NCBI GenBank assembly: GCA_046262595.1
Contig: JBHEMM010000002.1
Coordinates: 28,404-92,403, forward strand
Source of the DNA: Vulcanimicrobiaceae bacterium
GTDB taxonomy: Bacteria > Vulcanimicrobiota > Vulcanimicrobiia > Vulcanimicrobiales > Vulcanimicrobiaceae
Reading direction: 5' to 3'
DNA length: 64,000 nt
The position numbers and the translations under genes were made by a program. Below, piece by piece: positions 48,479-58,431 of this stretch. Numbering within the stretch: the stretch's first letter is position 1; the number at the start of each line of letters is the position of its first letter. The notes under the pieces are model-generated. The model saw only the letters and a list, made by a program, of their open reading frames with translations, was not told the DNA's origin and made no database searches.

Positions 48479-50391
48479 GGGCGCAGAATCTCCTCGAGGG
48501 GCGGCATCGTCTTCGTGGCGTCTTGGTTGAGCATCGCCTCGAACACGCGATCGGCGCGCGCGATATTCTGCTGCGCCGCGGCGTGGTACCGCTCCACGTT
48601 CGATTGCAGACCGCTCTCGCGGTTTTCGTACCGCCAAGCCGCTGCATAAAGCGGCGCAAGCTCTTCGTACGCATCGCGCATTTCCCAGAACCAGTACTTG
48701 GCCCACGTCGAGCCGCGGCTGCCCTTGCCGTAATAGACGTCGCGGATCTCGCTTGCCGCTTGAAATTTGCGGCCAATGAAATCGTACTCCCGTGCAGCTA
48801 AAAACATGACGCGTGCGGCATTGGGGTGCAGCGGCGGCCGGTCCGCAAGCAGATGTTCCTGCACCCGCTCGGCCTCCAGGCGCAGCGCGCTGACGTCGAT
48901 GGTCTTCATATGCTTCTGGAATAGCGCCCCGAACGGGTCCGCCCAAAGCAGATAATGGCTCGTGTAACCGTACGAGTCGGCCATGCGGCTCTGAATATCC
49001 GCAAGGGCGGCAACGTCTTTGCCGTAACGCGCATCGTTTACGCCGAAAAACGTTTGCGGAAAATCGGCTCGATAGCGCGCCGGATCCGTCGTGCCGCGTT
49101 CCCATGCCGCAACGCCGGCGTAGAGCACCGGGTACCACGTCGCCTCGAAGAGCGACTCTCCGTCGTCGTGCCACACCGTCTGGAACAACCCCAGCACACG
49201 CGCATTTTTTCCTTCGCCGATGAACGTGGATTCGTTGGAAAGCGCCGTTTCGATGTCGGGATAGATTTGATTCCAGTTCGAGTCACCGGGCGACACCATC
49301 TGATCGAATCCGCCGCGCGCGATCAAATCAATGTACCGCTTAAACGACCGATCGTTGCCGTAATGCCAGTTGACCACCACCGCATCGCGCGGAATCAGCT
49401 GCATGATTCGCGGATCGTTTTCGATTCCGTCGTCCCAGAGCATCGTTCGCGCGCCCGACGGGCGCACGATCGCATCCACTTGCCGGATGTGCTCGGCGTA
49501 GAGCGCCGTCAGCCCGCGCTTGTCCGCAAGCGCCTTGCTCAACCCTTGCCCGAGCGAAGACGTTTCATCGGAACCAATGTGAACAAACGGCGGGTGCGGC
49601 ACGGCTGCGAGCTCGGCGTCGATGAGGCGCCGGACGTACGGAATGGTAAGCGGCGATGCGGGGCTGAGCAAAAAGGAATGCGGCTGTTCGGCCGCCGCCG
49701 CATATTTCTCGTAACGCAGCGTGTTGTGCATGTGCGCGAACGTTTGCTGCTCGGGGATAAGGCTGACGTGAAACCGCGCCGCGTATTGCGCGAGCTCCCG
49801 CAGCTGCGCCGGCGTGATCCCATCTAACGGCGCAGGCAGCGCGTCGCCGGGCGCCGCGAAAACTTGTTCCATGTACGGCGAATAGCCGTTCATTTTAAAG
49901 GCGGCGATCGTGCGGATGCGCTCTTTGAAATAGCGCATGTTCGGCAGCGGCCCGCGCGAAACGTCGTCGGAGAGCACGCGCCAACGCAGCGCCGGCGCAT
50001 CGGAGATACGAACGCACGGCAGCGTCCAGCCGTGCGCCGCGCGCACGGGGAGCTGTGCGAGCGTCATCGCCGCATAAAACGCGCCGTCGCTTCCGGTCGC
50101 CGCAATGTCGACTGTACCGTCGGCCCCGGTTTGCAGCGAATAGCTTTCGGGTGCGCCGTTCGCATGCCGCACGCGGACATCTGCGGCTGCAACGCCCGCG
50201 TGCCGGAGCGCGCGGATGCCCAGGGCCTTCCAGCGCTCGTTGATTTCCTGGAATGCGCCTGCGTCGAAGTTCCGTGCTACGGTAAGCGGCCGCATAAAAC
50301 CGAACGGCCGCGCACAAGAGGTTTGCGTAACCGCGTCCGGCCGCGGCAGCAGGTGCAGCGCGGCAAGGAGCGCCGCGGCAAAAAGCATCAA
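48475..50391 (-). CDS. Secreted GH20 beta-N-acetylhexosaminidase
   Basis: Signal peptide, ESYSL, ISDAP..WR..DVSRG, HIGSDE catalytic motif, MLWDD, NWHY. Confidence 0.88.
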   Translation of the reverse strand: MMLFAAALLAALHLLPRPDAVTQTSCARPFGFMRPLTVARNFDAGAFQEINERWKALGIRALRHAGVAAADVRVRHANGAPESYSLQTGADGTVDIAATGSDGAFYAAMTLAQLPVRAAHGWTLPCVRISDAPALRWRVLSDDVSRGPLPNMRYFKERIRTIAAFKMNGYSPYMEQVFAAPGDALPAPLDGITPAQLRELAQYAARFHVSLIPEQQTFAHMHNTLRYEKYAAAAEQPHSFLLSPASPLTIPYVRRLIDAELAAVPHPPFVHIGSDETSSLGQGLSKALADKRGLTALYAEHIRQVDAIVRPSGARTMLWDDGIENDPRIMQLIPRDAVVVNWHYGNDRSFKRYIDLIARGGFDQMVSPGDSNWNQIYPDIETALSNESTFIGEGKNARVLGLFQTVWHDDGESLFEATWYPVLYAGVAAWERGTTDPARYRADFPQTFFGVNDARYGKDVAALADIQSRMADSYGYTSHYLLWADPFGALFQKHMKTIDVSALRLEAERVQEHLLADRPPLHPNAARVMFLAAREYDFIGRKFQAASEIRDVYYGKGSRGSTWAKYWFWEMRDAYEELAPLYAAAWRYENRESGLQSNVERYHAAAQQNIARADRVFEAMLNQDATKTMPPLEEILRP

Positions 50392-50777
50392 GCGGTCATC
50401 GCGGAATCGCGCTTTTCGAACGCCGCTTCGACATCACGCAGCCTCGCCCCGAGGTTCGGGCCGCCCGAAGCCTGCAGTGAGGCAGCAGCGTCAAGCAGCA
50501 GCGCGTCCGCATCGAGCAGCGCCGCGATGCGCTGCGGACCCGGGCCCGTTTCAAAAATCGAGAACGTCTGCTGATTGCGGAACTCGCAGCGCAGCAGCAC
50601 GCGGTCGTAGCGCTCGCGCTCCTCCGGCTTGAGCGCTTCCAGAGCACCGGCCCCTAGCGCGGCGAGCCGTTCCCCGGCGTAGGCGCGGACCTGCTCGTCC
50701 GCCAGGCGCCGGCCATCCGCCGTCTCGTAACCCGCGAAGGCGCCGATGCGGTCCTTAATGCGCTCCAAAACGCTCAT
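50388..50777 (-). CDS. Hypothetical protein
   Basis: 129-aa ORF with TTGA overlap onto GH20; GYE...RRLADEQVR pattern. Confidence 0.6.
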   Translation of the reverse strand: MSVLERIKDRIGAFAGYETADGRRLADEQVRAYAGERLAALGAGALEALKPEERERYDRVLLRCEFRNQQTFSIFETGPGPQRIAALLDADALLLDAAASLQASGGPNLGARLRDVEAAFEKRDSAMTA

Positions 50778-50830
50778 ACGGGCGACCTACGACGATAGCG
50801 CGCACAACTCCCCGGCCGTTTGGCCGAAAA

Positions 50831-51223
50831 GTGAAGAGGAATGCTTGCAACGCTTTTCGCGGGGCTCCCGCCCTGCGCATCGTCCGGTTAGCGAATGCGA
50901 TGGACAAGCGCTGGCGCGCGCTTTCGCGACGTCCGTTTCAGGTCACTATCGGCGTAAACTCGGGGAATGTTGTGGCGGGCGAAGTAGGCTTTGCACAGCG
51001 GCGCGAGTTTGGGATCGTCGGCAACCCGGCTCAGGTTGCCGCGCAGCTGCAGCATGCCGCCGAAGAACTGAACGCTTCGATCCTTTCCTCGGCCACGACG
51101 TTTGAAGCCGCGAGCGACCTGTTTGTCGGCGTGCCTGCGCGTACATCGTGCGCGGATTGGCCCGGCGCGCTGAGGAAGAGCTGCTGCATCTGCCGCCTGA
51201 GATTTCCGCATTGGAAACGGTGA
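50831..51223 (+). pseudogene. Class III nucleotide cyclase C-terminal fragment
   Basis: IGVNSGNVVAGEVG..RREFGIVGN..VAAQLQ..IL.S..T. The N-terminal metal-binding half is absent and NxASR is degenerate. Confidence 0.6.
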
Positions 51224-51383
51224 TCGGAACGCCCCCCGACAGCGCGTTTTCGCTATGACGACGCAGCGGCGGCCTTTCCGGACGTCCCGGCCGTCAGCGG
51301 CGACTATTTCGAGCCTGGATCGTTCGCCTGAACGCCGGCTTGCATCCGCGCAGGATGCTGTGGCGTTAGAAGGGGCGAATGAC

Positions 51384-51920
51384 ATGCGCGTGCAGGACGA
51401 CGAACGGCTCATGGCGCGCGTACGGACGCGCGATTCGGCCGCATTCGAGGCAATCTACGACACGCATCACCGCTTGGTGTACGGCATCGCCTTTCGCATG
51501 CTCGGTCAGGCCGGCACCGCAGAAGACGTCACGCAGAACGTGTTCTTGAAAATTTGGAGTGAGCCCGAACGCTTCACGCCGGGCAACTTTCCCGGCTGGC
51601 TGGCGCGCATGACGCGCAACCGCTGCCTGGATGTTCTGCGTTCGAAATCCCGCCAGCCCGGCGAACTTCCCGAGCAGATGCCGGACGAGCATTCGATGGA
51701 AGAGCGGGCGTTCGCATCGATCGATGCGGCGAACGTGCGGGCAGCACTCGCGCAGCTGCCGCCCGAGCAGCGAGAACCGATCGAAATGGGCTTTTTCGGC
51801 GGAATCACGCACGAAGAGATTGCGCGGCGCACGGGCACCGCGCTGGGCACGATTAAAACGCGCATCCGCACGGGCTTGCGTCGTCTGCGCACCGCGCTCG
51901 ATGAAACGGTGGCGGTATGA
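51384..51920 (+). CDS. ECF sigma factor (SigK-like)
   Basis: AEDVTQNVFLKIW, WL..TRNRCLD, LPPEQRE, EIA..GTIKTRIR. Start could instead be GTG 51360. Confidence 0.9.
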   Translation: MRVQDDERLMARVRTRDSAAFEAIYDTHHRLVYGIAFRMLGQAGTAEDVTQNVFLKIWSEPERFTPGNFPGWLARMTRNRCLDVLRSKSRQPGELPEQMPDEHSMEERAFASIDAANVRAALAQLPPEQREPIEMGFFGGITHEEIARRTGTALGTIKTRIRTGLRRLRTALDETVAV

Positions 51921-52693
51921 ACGCGCACGACGAAATGCTCGACAACGTGGCGGTCTATGCGCTCGGGGCGCTGCCGGCGGCGTCGGCGCGCGAGGTCCGG
52001 GAACATTTGAAGACGTGCGCGCAGTGCCGCGCCGAGTACGACATGCTCGCACCGGTCGTGGATCGCTTGGCGTATTCGGCGGAAGCTTGTGCGGATGCCG
52101 CAAGCGCGCAGGGATCGACTCCGCCGCCCGGGCCGCTGCTCAAACGGCGCATCATGCGTGCCATCCGTCCCAACGTGGGTGAAATGCGCGCGGTGCGGCC
52201 GATTGTCTGGCCGGCATACGCCGTCGCGGCCGCATGCTTCGCGATTGCTCTGGCGACCGGTATCGTCGACATGTCGCTCAGCTCGCAGCTGCATCAGACG
52301 CGCGCGCAGATGACACAGATCAGCGAACACAACGCGCAGGTCACGAAGCGGCTCGCCGACCAGCGCGATGAGCTTGCAAATCTCGTTGCGCCCGAGTCGG
52401 TGCATTACCCGGTGGCCTACGGTCAAGTCGTCAAGCACGGCAGCCGCCTCTACATTGCGATGGATACGCTTCCGCCGCCGCCGAAAGGCAAAGTGTACCA
52501 GGCATGGACGTTACGCGAAGGGTCGTCCGTCATGGCGCCTTCGATCACGTTCGTGCCGGCGCAAAGCGGCGTGGAAGTGCAGGAGCTGCCGGTGAACGCG
52601 AAAGGCATCGTCGCGGTTGCGCTCAGCGTCGAGCCCGCCGGGGGCAGCAAGCAGCCGACGAGCAAGCCGGTTTTCGTACTCAAACTGAGTTGA
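51917..52693 (+). CDS. Anti-sigma factor (RskA-like, ZAS motif)
   Basis: YALGAL, HLKTCAQC, TM helix, YQAW, ALSVEPAGGSKQPT. Confidence 0.88.
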   Translation: MNAHDEMLDNVAVYALGALPAASAREVREHLKTCAQCRAEYDMLAPVVDRLAYSAEACADAASAQGSTPPPGPLLKRRIMRAIRPNVGEMRAVRPIVWPAYAVAAACFAIALATGIVDMSLSSQLHQTRAQMTQISEHNAQVTKRLADQRDELANLVAPESVHYPVAYGQVVKHGSRLYIAMDTLPPPPKGKVYQAWTLREGSSVMAPSITFVPAQSGVEVQELPVNAKGIVAVALSVEPAGGSKQPTSKPVFVLKLS

Positions 52694-53523
52694 TGCCGCA
52701 AGGCGTGCATCCACTCTCGTCCGCAAACGAACGAGCTGCGCTCGCGTTTCTGGACGGCGCTCCTTTTGACAACGTTTTTCTGACATGGATGATCGAAAAC
52801 GATCGCGGCGCCGCGGCGCGCTCCTCGCTTTTCGTCTATGCCGGCGCGTCCGCCGAGATACGGGGTGTCGCGTTTTTCGGACGGCAAGTCGTTTTGGCGG
52901 CTAGCGAAGAGGACGCCGCACGCGCGCTTGCGGCGGCGGCGCCGCTCAACCACTTCGAACGCATGATCGTGGGGCCCCGGCGCGCGGTGGACTGGTATTG
53001 GACGCATGTGCGCTACCGGCACAGGCCCGCGCGGCTCGTGCGCGATACGCAGCCGCTCTTTGCCGTCGATGCCGCCTCGTTGAAATCGTTCGACGAGCCG
53101 CGTGTGCACGTGCGGATGGCCCTGGCCGGCGAATGGCAAACGGTCGCGGACAACTCGGCGCTGATGATCGAGCACGAGCTCGAATACGACGCCCGCCGCG
53201 CCAACAGCAACTTCGATGCGAACGTGCGTGTCATGATCGATCGCGGCCTCTGGTGGGTCGGCGAACGCGAAGGCAGCCTGTGCTTTTTCTGCAGCTGCGG
53301 CCCGCGCAGCGCCCAGACGCTGCAGCTGCAAGGCATATGGGTGCCGCCGCCGTTGCGCGGGCGCGGCCTGGCAAGCGCCGCCCTGTCGGGCGTGTGTGAA
53401 GAGCTGCTTGCGGACGTCCCGACGTTGAGCCTGTACGTCAATTCGTTCAACGAGCGCGCGGTCGCGCTGTACGAACGCACCGGATTCCGCCGCGCCGGCG
53501 TGCTGAAAACGATGTTGTTCTAA
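52693..53523 (+). CDS. GNAT family acetyltransferase
   Basis: QGIWVPPPLRGRGLA, LYVNSFNERAVALYERTGF. TGATG coupling. Confidence 0.85.
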   Translation: MPQGVHPLSSANERAALAFLDGAPFDNVFLTWMIENDRGAAARSSLFVYAGASAEIRGVAFFGRQVVLAASEEDAARALAAAAPLNHFERMIVGPRRAVDWYWTHVRYRHRPARLVRDTQPLFAVDAASLKSFDEPRVHVRMALAGEWQTVADNSALMIEHELEYDARRANSNFDANVRVMIDRGLWWVGEREGSLCFFCSCGPRSAQTLQLQGIWVPPPLRGRGLASAALSGVCEELLADVPTLSLYVNSFNERAVALYERTGFRRAGVLKTMLF

Positions 53524-55049
53524 AGAACCGCGCGTGCAAGCGCGAGCAGCGAATTGCGGCTTTGCGCGTTTTCGCCCGGCAAAAGCACGTCGACGGCGAT
53601 ACCATAGCCGTCCACCGAACGTCCGTCGCCGTAGGGATCGGTTCGCGCGAGCGCAAGGCGGAATGCGATCCGCGAATGGGGCAGCATGAAGTAGCCCGGC
53701 TGCGAGAAGCCCGTGACGCCGTACGTGCTGCTGCCCGCAAGCACCGTTCCCGGAAGACCTGCCAGCACCGCCGCGAGAAATTCGCATTCGTTCGTGCAGC
53801 CGCCGTCGAGAACGGCGATGATGCGCGTTTGACCTTCTGCGTTGGACGCGCGCGTGAAACGGTGATCGCTCAACGCCGATAGCCCTTGCATGATTTGCGG
53901 CGATACGGCGCATGCGCCGGGTTCCTTGAGCACATCGACGATCTGCTGCAAAAACTGCGTTGCACCGGCGGATACCGGCGGTTTGAGATTGTACGCAAGC
54001 TGCTGCTGCGAGCCGAAAAACAAGGCGTTGCGAAAGCACGACTGCGTACCGATCTGACGAAACTGCGAGGCTTGATCTACCGCGCTTTGCGCGAACCAGT
54101 TCGAGAGCACATCCACCGGCGCGCTGCCGCCGGGATTCGCGCGCAAATCCAAGACGACGGCACGTTCTTTGCCTAAGTTTTGCGCCTTTGCGAGCGATGC
54201 GCGCAACGCTTCTACGGCGGTATCGTTGAAGGCGGGCAAACGGACGTAACCGATACCGTCAGCCAGCGTTTCGTACGACGCTGTCGAGGGGGCGGCGGCG
54301 GCGGCGACGGGCGTTAAAGCAATGCGAGCGCCCGAGCACTCCAGCGCGCGCGGGGTTCCGTCGCGCTTGGGAAAACTCACGTACGAGCCGGAAGAAAATG
54401 CCGATCCGCTCCAGAGCTGCACCGCGTGCGGCTGCTGGCCCTTATCGGAGCGCACGAGCGTAAAGGTGCCGCGCGATGCGAACAGTGCGGTGCACGCGCC
54501 CGCCGGTCTATGCGCGAGCTGCGCGCTTTGCGAGCCGCTGGAAAAACGATCGAAACCGGGAATGCCGGAGTGATTATCGGCCTGAACGCCTTGCAGCTTT
54601 CCCCATGGCGCAAATGCCTGCGCCAGCGGCATGCGCTGGGCGCCGCGCTTGGCAAGCGATGCGTCCCATGCCGAGAACCACGCATTCCAGTTCCAGTTGG
54701 AATGCTGCTGAGCGGTCGCGTAACCCGCATAGGTTTTGCTCATGAGCAGCTTGAGAATAGGCAGATCGGCGCGAAGCGCGGACGCTTCCACGGTGTAGCC
54801 GTTATCCGCTTTGAGCGCGTCTGCGAAGCGGCGGTACCATTGAGAAGGCACGACGAACGATCGCGAAGAGTACGGCGGCGAAAACGGCTCGGGCAGCACG
54901 ATGCCGCCCGCGGGAAGTTTGACGCCGAGCGCCGTCCAACGCGCGTTCTCCGCGTCGATGTCGGCCTGCGGAATGCGCACGGGGGCCGCGCCGAACAGCA
55001 GTGCTGCGCACGCAAGCGCCGCCGCCGCACGCGCGATACCGCGCTTCAT
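53520..55049 (-). CDS. Secreted S41 peptidase-like protein, catalytic Ser apparently absent
   Basis: IGYVRLPAF, VLDLRANPGG, AGSSTYG, GYGIAVDV. The expected SAxE reads CTNECE. Confidence 0.65.
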   Translation of the reverse strand: MKRGIARAAAALACAALLFGAAPVRIPQADIDAENARWTALGVKLPAGGIVLPEPFSPPYSSRSFVVPSQWYRRFADALKADNGYTVEASALRADLPILKLLMSKTYAGYATAQQHSNWNWNAWFSAWDASLAKRGAQRMPLAQAFAPWGKLQGVQADNHSGIPGFDRFSSGSQSAQLAHRPAGACTALFASRGTFTLVRSDKGQQPHAVQLWSGSAFSSGSYVSFPKRDGTPRALECSGARIALTPVAAAAAPSTASYETLADGIGYVRLPAFNDTAVEALRASLAKAQNLGKERAVVLDLRANPGGSAPVDVLSNWFAQSAVDQASQFRQIGTQSCFRNALFFGSQQQLAYNLKPPVSAGATQFLQQIVDVLKEPGACAVSPQIMQGLSALSDHRFTRASNAEGQTRIIAVLDGGCTNECEFLAAVLAGLPGTVLAGSSTYGVTGFSQPGYFMLPHSRIAFRLALARTDPYGDGRSVDGYGIAVDVLLPGENAQSRNSLLALARAVL

Positions 55050-56716
55050 GTGCGGGCCAACGGCTTGTAGCGGATGCGGTGCGGCCGCGCCGCTTCTTCG
55101 CCTAACCGCTTGATCTTGTTCTCCTCGTACTCGCGGTAGTTGCCCTCGAAGAAATACACGGCGGAGTCGCCCTCGAAAGCGATGATGTGCGTTGCAATGC
55201 GGTCCAGAAACCAGCGATCGTGGCTCACCACGAGAATGCTGCCGGCAAACTCGCCCAGCGCATCCTCCAGGGCGCGCAGCGTTTCCACGTCCAGATCGTT
55301 CGAGGGCTCGTCCAGCATGAGCACGTTCGCGCCCGTCACCAGCGTCTTCGCGAGGTGCAGCCGGCCGCGCTCGCCTCCTGAAAGGCTGCCGACGTTCTTC
55401 TGCTGGTCGCCGCCTTTGAAATTGAAGCGGCTCAAATACGCACGCGAGTTCATCTCGAACTTGCCGACGTTCAGAATGTCCATGCCGCCGGTGACGTCGT
55501 CGAACACGCTCTTGCCGTTCTGCAGCGATTCACGCGTTTGATCGACGACGGCAATCTGCACGGACGGACCGACCGCAATCTTTCCCGCATCGGGCTGCTC
55601 TTTTCCGGTAATCATGCGAAAGAGCGTCGTTTTTCCAGCGCCGTTGGGGCCGATGATGCCGACGATGGCGCCGGCGGGAACGCGGAACGACACGTCGTCC
55701 ATCAAAAGACGGTCGCCGAACGCTTTTCGCACGCCCAAGAATTCGATGACCTGATCGCCCAGGCGTTCCGCCACGGGAATGAAGATCTCTTGCGTCTCGT
55801 TACGGCGCTGATACTCGTAGCTGGAAAGTTCCTCAAAACGCGTTAGCCGGCTCTTGCTTTTGGTCTGGCGGCCGCGGGCGGAGCTGCGCACCCATTCGAG
55901 TTCGCGTTTGATCGCTTTTTGGCGCGCGCTTTCCGCCGATTCTTCGGATTTCAAGCGGCTCTCTTTTTGCTCGAGCCACGACGTGTAGTTTCCTTTCCAT
56001 GGAATGCCGCGGCCGCGATCGAGTTCGAGAATCCATTCGGCCGCATTGTCGAGAAAATACCGGTCGTGCGTGACGGCGACCACGGTACCGGGGAAGCGCT
56101 GCAGAAACTGTTCGAGCCACTCAACGCTCTCCGCATCCAAGTGATTGGTCGGCTCGTCGAGCAGCAGCATATCCGGTTTGCTCAAAAGCAAACGGCAGAG
56201 CGCCACGCGCCGGCGTTCGCCGCCCGAAAGCGGCCCGATTGCGGCATCCCACGGCGGCAGGCGCAGCGCGTCCGCAGCAATCTCCAGCTGAAGATCGGCG
56301 TTATCGCCGTCGCCCGCGGCGAGCACGGCCTCAAGCCGCGCCTGCTCTTCCGCCAATTTATCAAAATCGGCATCGGGATCGCCGTATGCGGCGTACACTT
56401 CATCCAAACGTCTGCGCGCCTGCATGACGGCGCCCAAACCTTCTTCAACCGTTTCGCGCACCGTTTTTCCGGGATCGAGTTGCGGCTCTTGCTCCAGGTA
56501 GCCGATGGTGATGCCCGGCATCGCCTTAGCCTCGCCCTCGAAGTCGGTGTCCACGCCCGCCATGATCCGCAGCAGCGTCGATTTTCCGGCGCCGTTCAGG
56601 CCGAGCACGCCAATTTTGGCACCGGGGAAAAAACTTAACGAGATGTCTTTGAGGATGTCGCGTCCGGGGGGCACTCGTTTGCCCACGCGATACATCTGAT
56701 ATACAAATTCTGGCAC
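55046..56716 (-). CDS. ettA: Energy-dependent translational throttle protein EttA (ABC-F)
   Basis: ISLSFFPGAKIGVLGLNGAGKST, two ABC domains, WKGNYTSWLEQKE, PHRIRYKPL. Confidence 0.95.
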   Translation of the reverse strand: MPEFVYQMYRVGKRVPPGRDILKDISLSFFPGAKIGVLGLNGAGKSTLLRIMAGVDTDFEGEAKAMPGITIGYLEQEPQLDPGKTVRETVEEGLGAVMQARRRLDEVYAAYGDPDADFDKLAEEQARLEAVLAAGDGDNADLQLEIAADALRLPPWDAAIGPLSGGERRRVALCRLLLSKPDMLLLDEPTNHLDAESVEWLEQFLQRFPGTVVAVTHDRYFLDNAAEWILELDRGRGIPWKGNYTSWLEQKESRLKSEESAESARQKAIKRELEWVRSSARGRQTKSKSRLTRFEELSSYEYQRRNETQEIFIPVAERLGDQVIEFLGVRKAFGDRLLMDDVSFRVPAGAIVGIIGPNGAGKTTLFRMITGKEQPDAGKIAVGPSVQIAVVDQTRESLQNGKSVFDDVTGGMDILNVGKFEMNSRAYLSRFNFKGGDQQKNVGSLSGGERGRLHLAKTLVTGANVLMLDEPSNDLDVETLRALEDALGEFAGSILVVSHDRWFLDRIATHIIAFEGDSAVYFFEGNYREYEENKIKRLGEEAARPHRIRYKPLART

Positions 56717-56749
56717 GGCGCTTCGTATTCGCGCGCGTTAGCCGCCCGC

Positions 56750-57601
56750 CTACTGTCCCTGGATCGTAAAAGCCGGATCGTTCGCGGAAATGGAGCCCGC
56801 GCGCATGACGGCAAAACGTTCGGCCAAACCGCCCGCAAGCAGCAAAGCGCCGGCAGTGCGCTGGACGCCGGTCCGGTTCCGGGCGAAAAGCGCGCAGACT
56901 GCGCCGGCCGCATTCAAGGCTTTCGCAAGCGCGGCTAACGATCGTGCCTCGCGGCGTTTGTACGCTTGTGTTTGAAGCGGCCCGAGCTCCGCATGCAAGC
57001 GCTGCAGCGCGAATGGGACCGCCGCGCCGCCGATCACCGCGAGCCGCCGCGCCGGTTCCGCGCTGCCGGCAGGTGCCGCGAGCATCCCGAGCGCAGCGGC
57101 GGTTGACGCGGACGTCGCCGCAAAGACCAGGGGCAAGCTGCGCCGCCCGTGATACCACGCCGGCACCGCCGTATCGCTGATCAGTACTGCAGTATACACC
57201 GACATGAACGGTCCAAGCAGCCCCGCGATATATTCGAATGCGCGCCCGGCAGGACGCGCAATTCCCGTTATCTCCGATGCGGCGGCGATCGTTGCCGCAC
57301 CGCCGAACGCGGAAAAGAGATACACCCCCACGCTCATCGGCGAACTTATTTTGAAGACGCGAAACATATTGAGAAAACGCGACGGCTTTTTCAAATCCGC
57401 GATCAGACAAAAACCGCTCAGCGCGCTGGCGCCGGCGGCGCCCGCAATGAGCGTGCGCGCAAGTCCGTGGTTGCCGCGCAGCCGTTCGATCGCCGCAAGC
57501 GTTGCGCTCGTCCCGGCCATGCCGCCCGCGCAGAAATAGACCGGAATGAGATCGGTCCATTCGGGCGGTTTGATTACCGGACGGTTGTAATAACCGTTCA
57601 T
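56750..57601 (-). CDS. NrfD/PsrC-family membrane anchor
   Basis: PVIKPPEW, YF..GG.AG, LIADL..P.RF.NM, SPMSVG, YTAVL, AERF. Confidence 0.82.
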   Translation of the reverse strand: MNGYYNRPVIKPPEWTDLIPVYFCAGGMAGTSATLAAIERLRGNHGLARTLIAGAAGASALSGFCLIADLKKPSRFLNMFRVFKISSPMSVGVYLFSAFGGAATIAAASEITGIARPAGRAFEYIAGLLGPFMSVYTAVLISDTAVPAWYHGRRSLPLVFAATSASTAAALGMLAAPAGSAEPARRLAVIGGAAVPFALQRLHAELGPLQTQAYKRREARSLAALAKALNAAGAVCALFARNRTGVQRTAGALLLAGGLAERFAVMRAGSISANDPAFTIQGQ

Positions 57602-58431
57602 CTCCGCCCCAGGATACTCGCCGCTGCGGCCGCCGCGAACACCAGGGAGGCGGCCGCGAATGCGCTCGACCACATCTGCGGTAACTCACGCGTTGCGACA
57701 ACGGGGTTTGGCGGCAAACCATAGACATCGGGGCGATCGAGCAGCAGGAACATCGAGCCGCCCCCGCCGATGCCGTCGTCCGGATTTTCAAGATACAAGC
57801 GCGCGCCGTCATAGCGCTGCTGCACGGTTTCTAAACGTTTGGCGGCGCGCTCGCGCAACTCGTCGACCGCGCCGAATTGGATCGACGTCGTCGGGCACGC
57901 CTTCGCGCAGGCGGGCTGCTCGCCGACCTTAAGACGATCGTAGCAGAGCGTGCACTTGCCCATGACGTGTTTTTCCGGCCGTTCGCTAATAACGCCGAAC
58001 GGGCACGCAACCACACAATAGCCGCAGCCGTTGCAGATGTCTTCCTGAAGCACGACCGTTCCGAATTCGGTGCGAATCAACGCGCCGGTCGGGCAGACAT
58101 CCAGACAGCCTGCATCGGCGCAGTGTTTGCAGACGTCCGACTCCATGAGCCAACGGTTTTCGTTTTTCGCCTCGTCGAACTGTTCCACGAAGGCAACGTG
58201 ACGCCAGCTTTCACCGCTCAGCTGCTCCGTGTTGTCGTACGACATTCCGGTAAAGTTGTAACCATCCGCGGGCAGTTCGTTCCACTCCTTGCACGCGACC
58301 TCGCAGGCTTTGCATCCGATGCACAGCGTCGTGTCGGTAAAGAAGCCCATCCGCTGCTGTTCTCCGGCGCCGTACGTGGCCATCTGCTCCGGTGCCGTAA
58401 CGTGCTGCAGCAGGTCGATGAAAACACTCAT
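57598..58431 (-). CDS. fdnH: Formate dehydrogenase iron-sulfur (beta) subunit
   Basis: CIGCKACEVAC, CKHC..CLDVCP, CNGCGYCVVACP, KCTLC..PACAKACP. Confidence 0.88.
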   Translation of the reverse strand: MSVFIDLLQHVTAPEQMATYGAGEQQRMGFFTDTTLCIGCKACEVACKEWNELPADGYNFTGMSYDNTEQLSGESWRHVAFVEQFDEAKNENRWLMESDVCKHCADAGCLDVCPTGALIRTEFGTVVLQEDICNGCGYCVVACPFGVISERPEKHVMGKCTLCYDRLKVGEQPACAKACPTTSIQFGAVDELRERAAKRLETVQQRYDGARLYLENPDDGIGGGGSMFLLLDRPDVYGLPPNPVVATRELPQMWSSAFAAASLVFAAAAAASILGRR

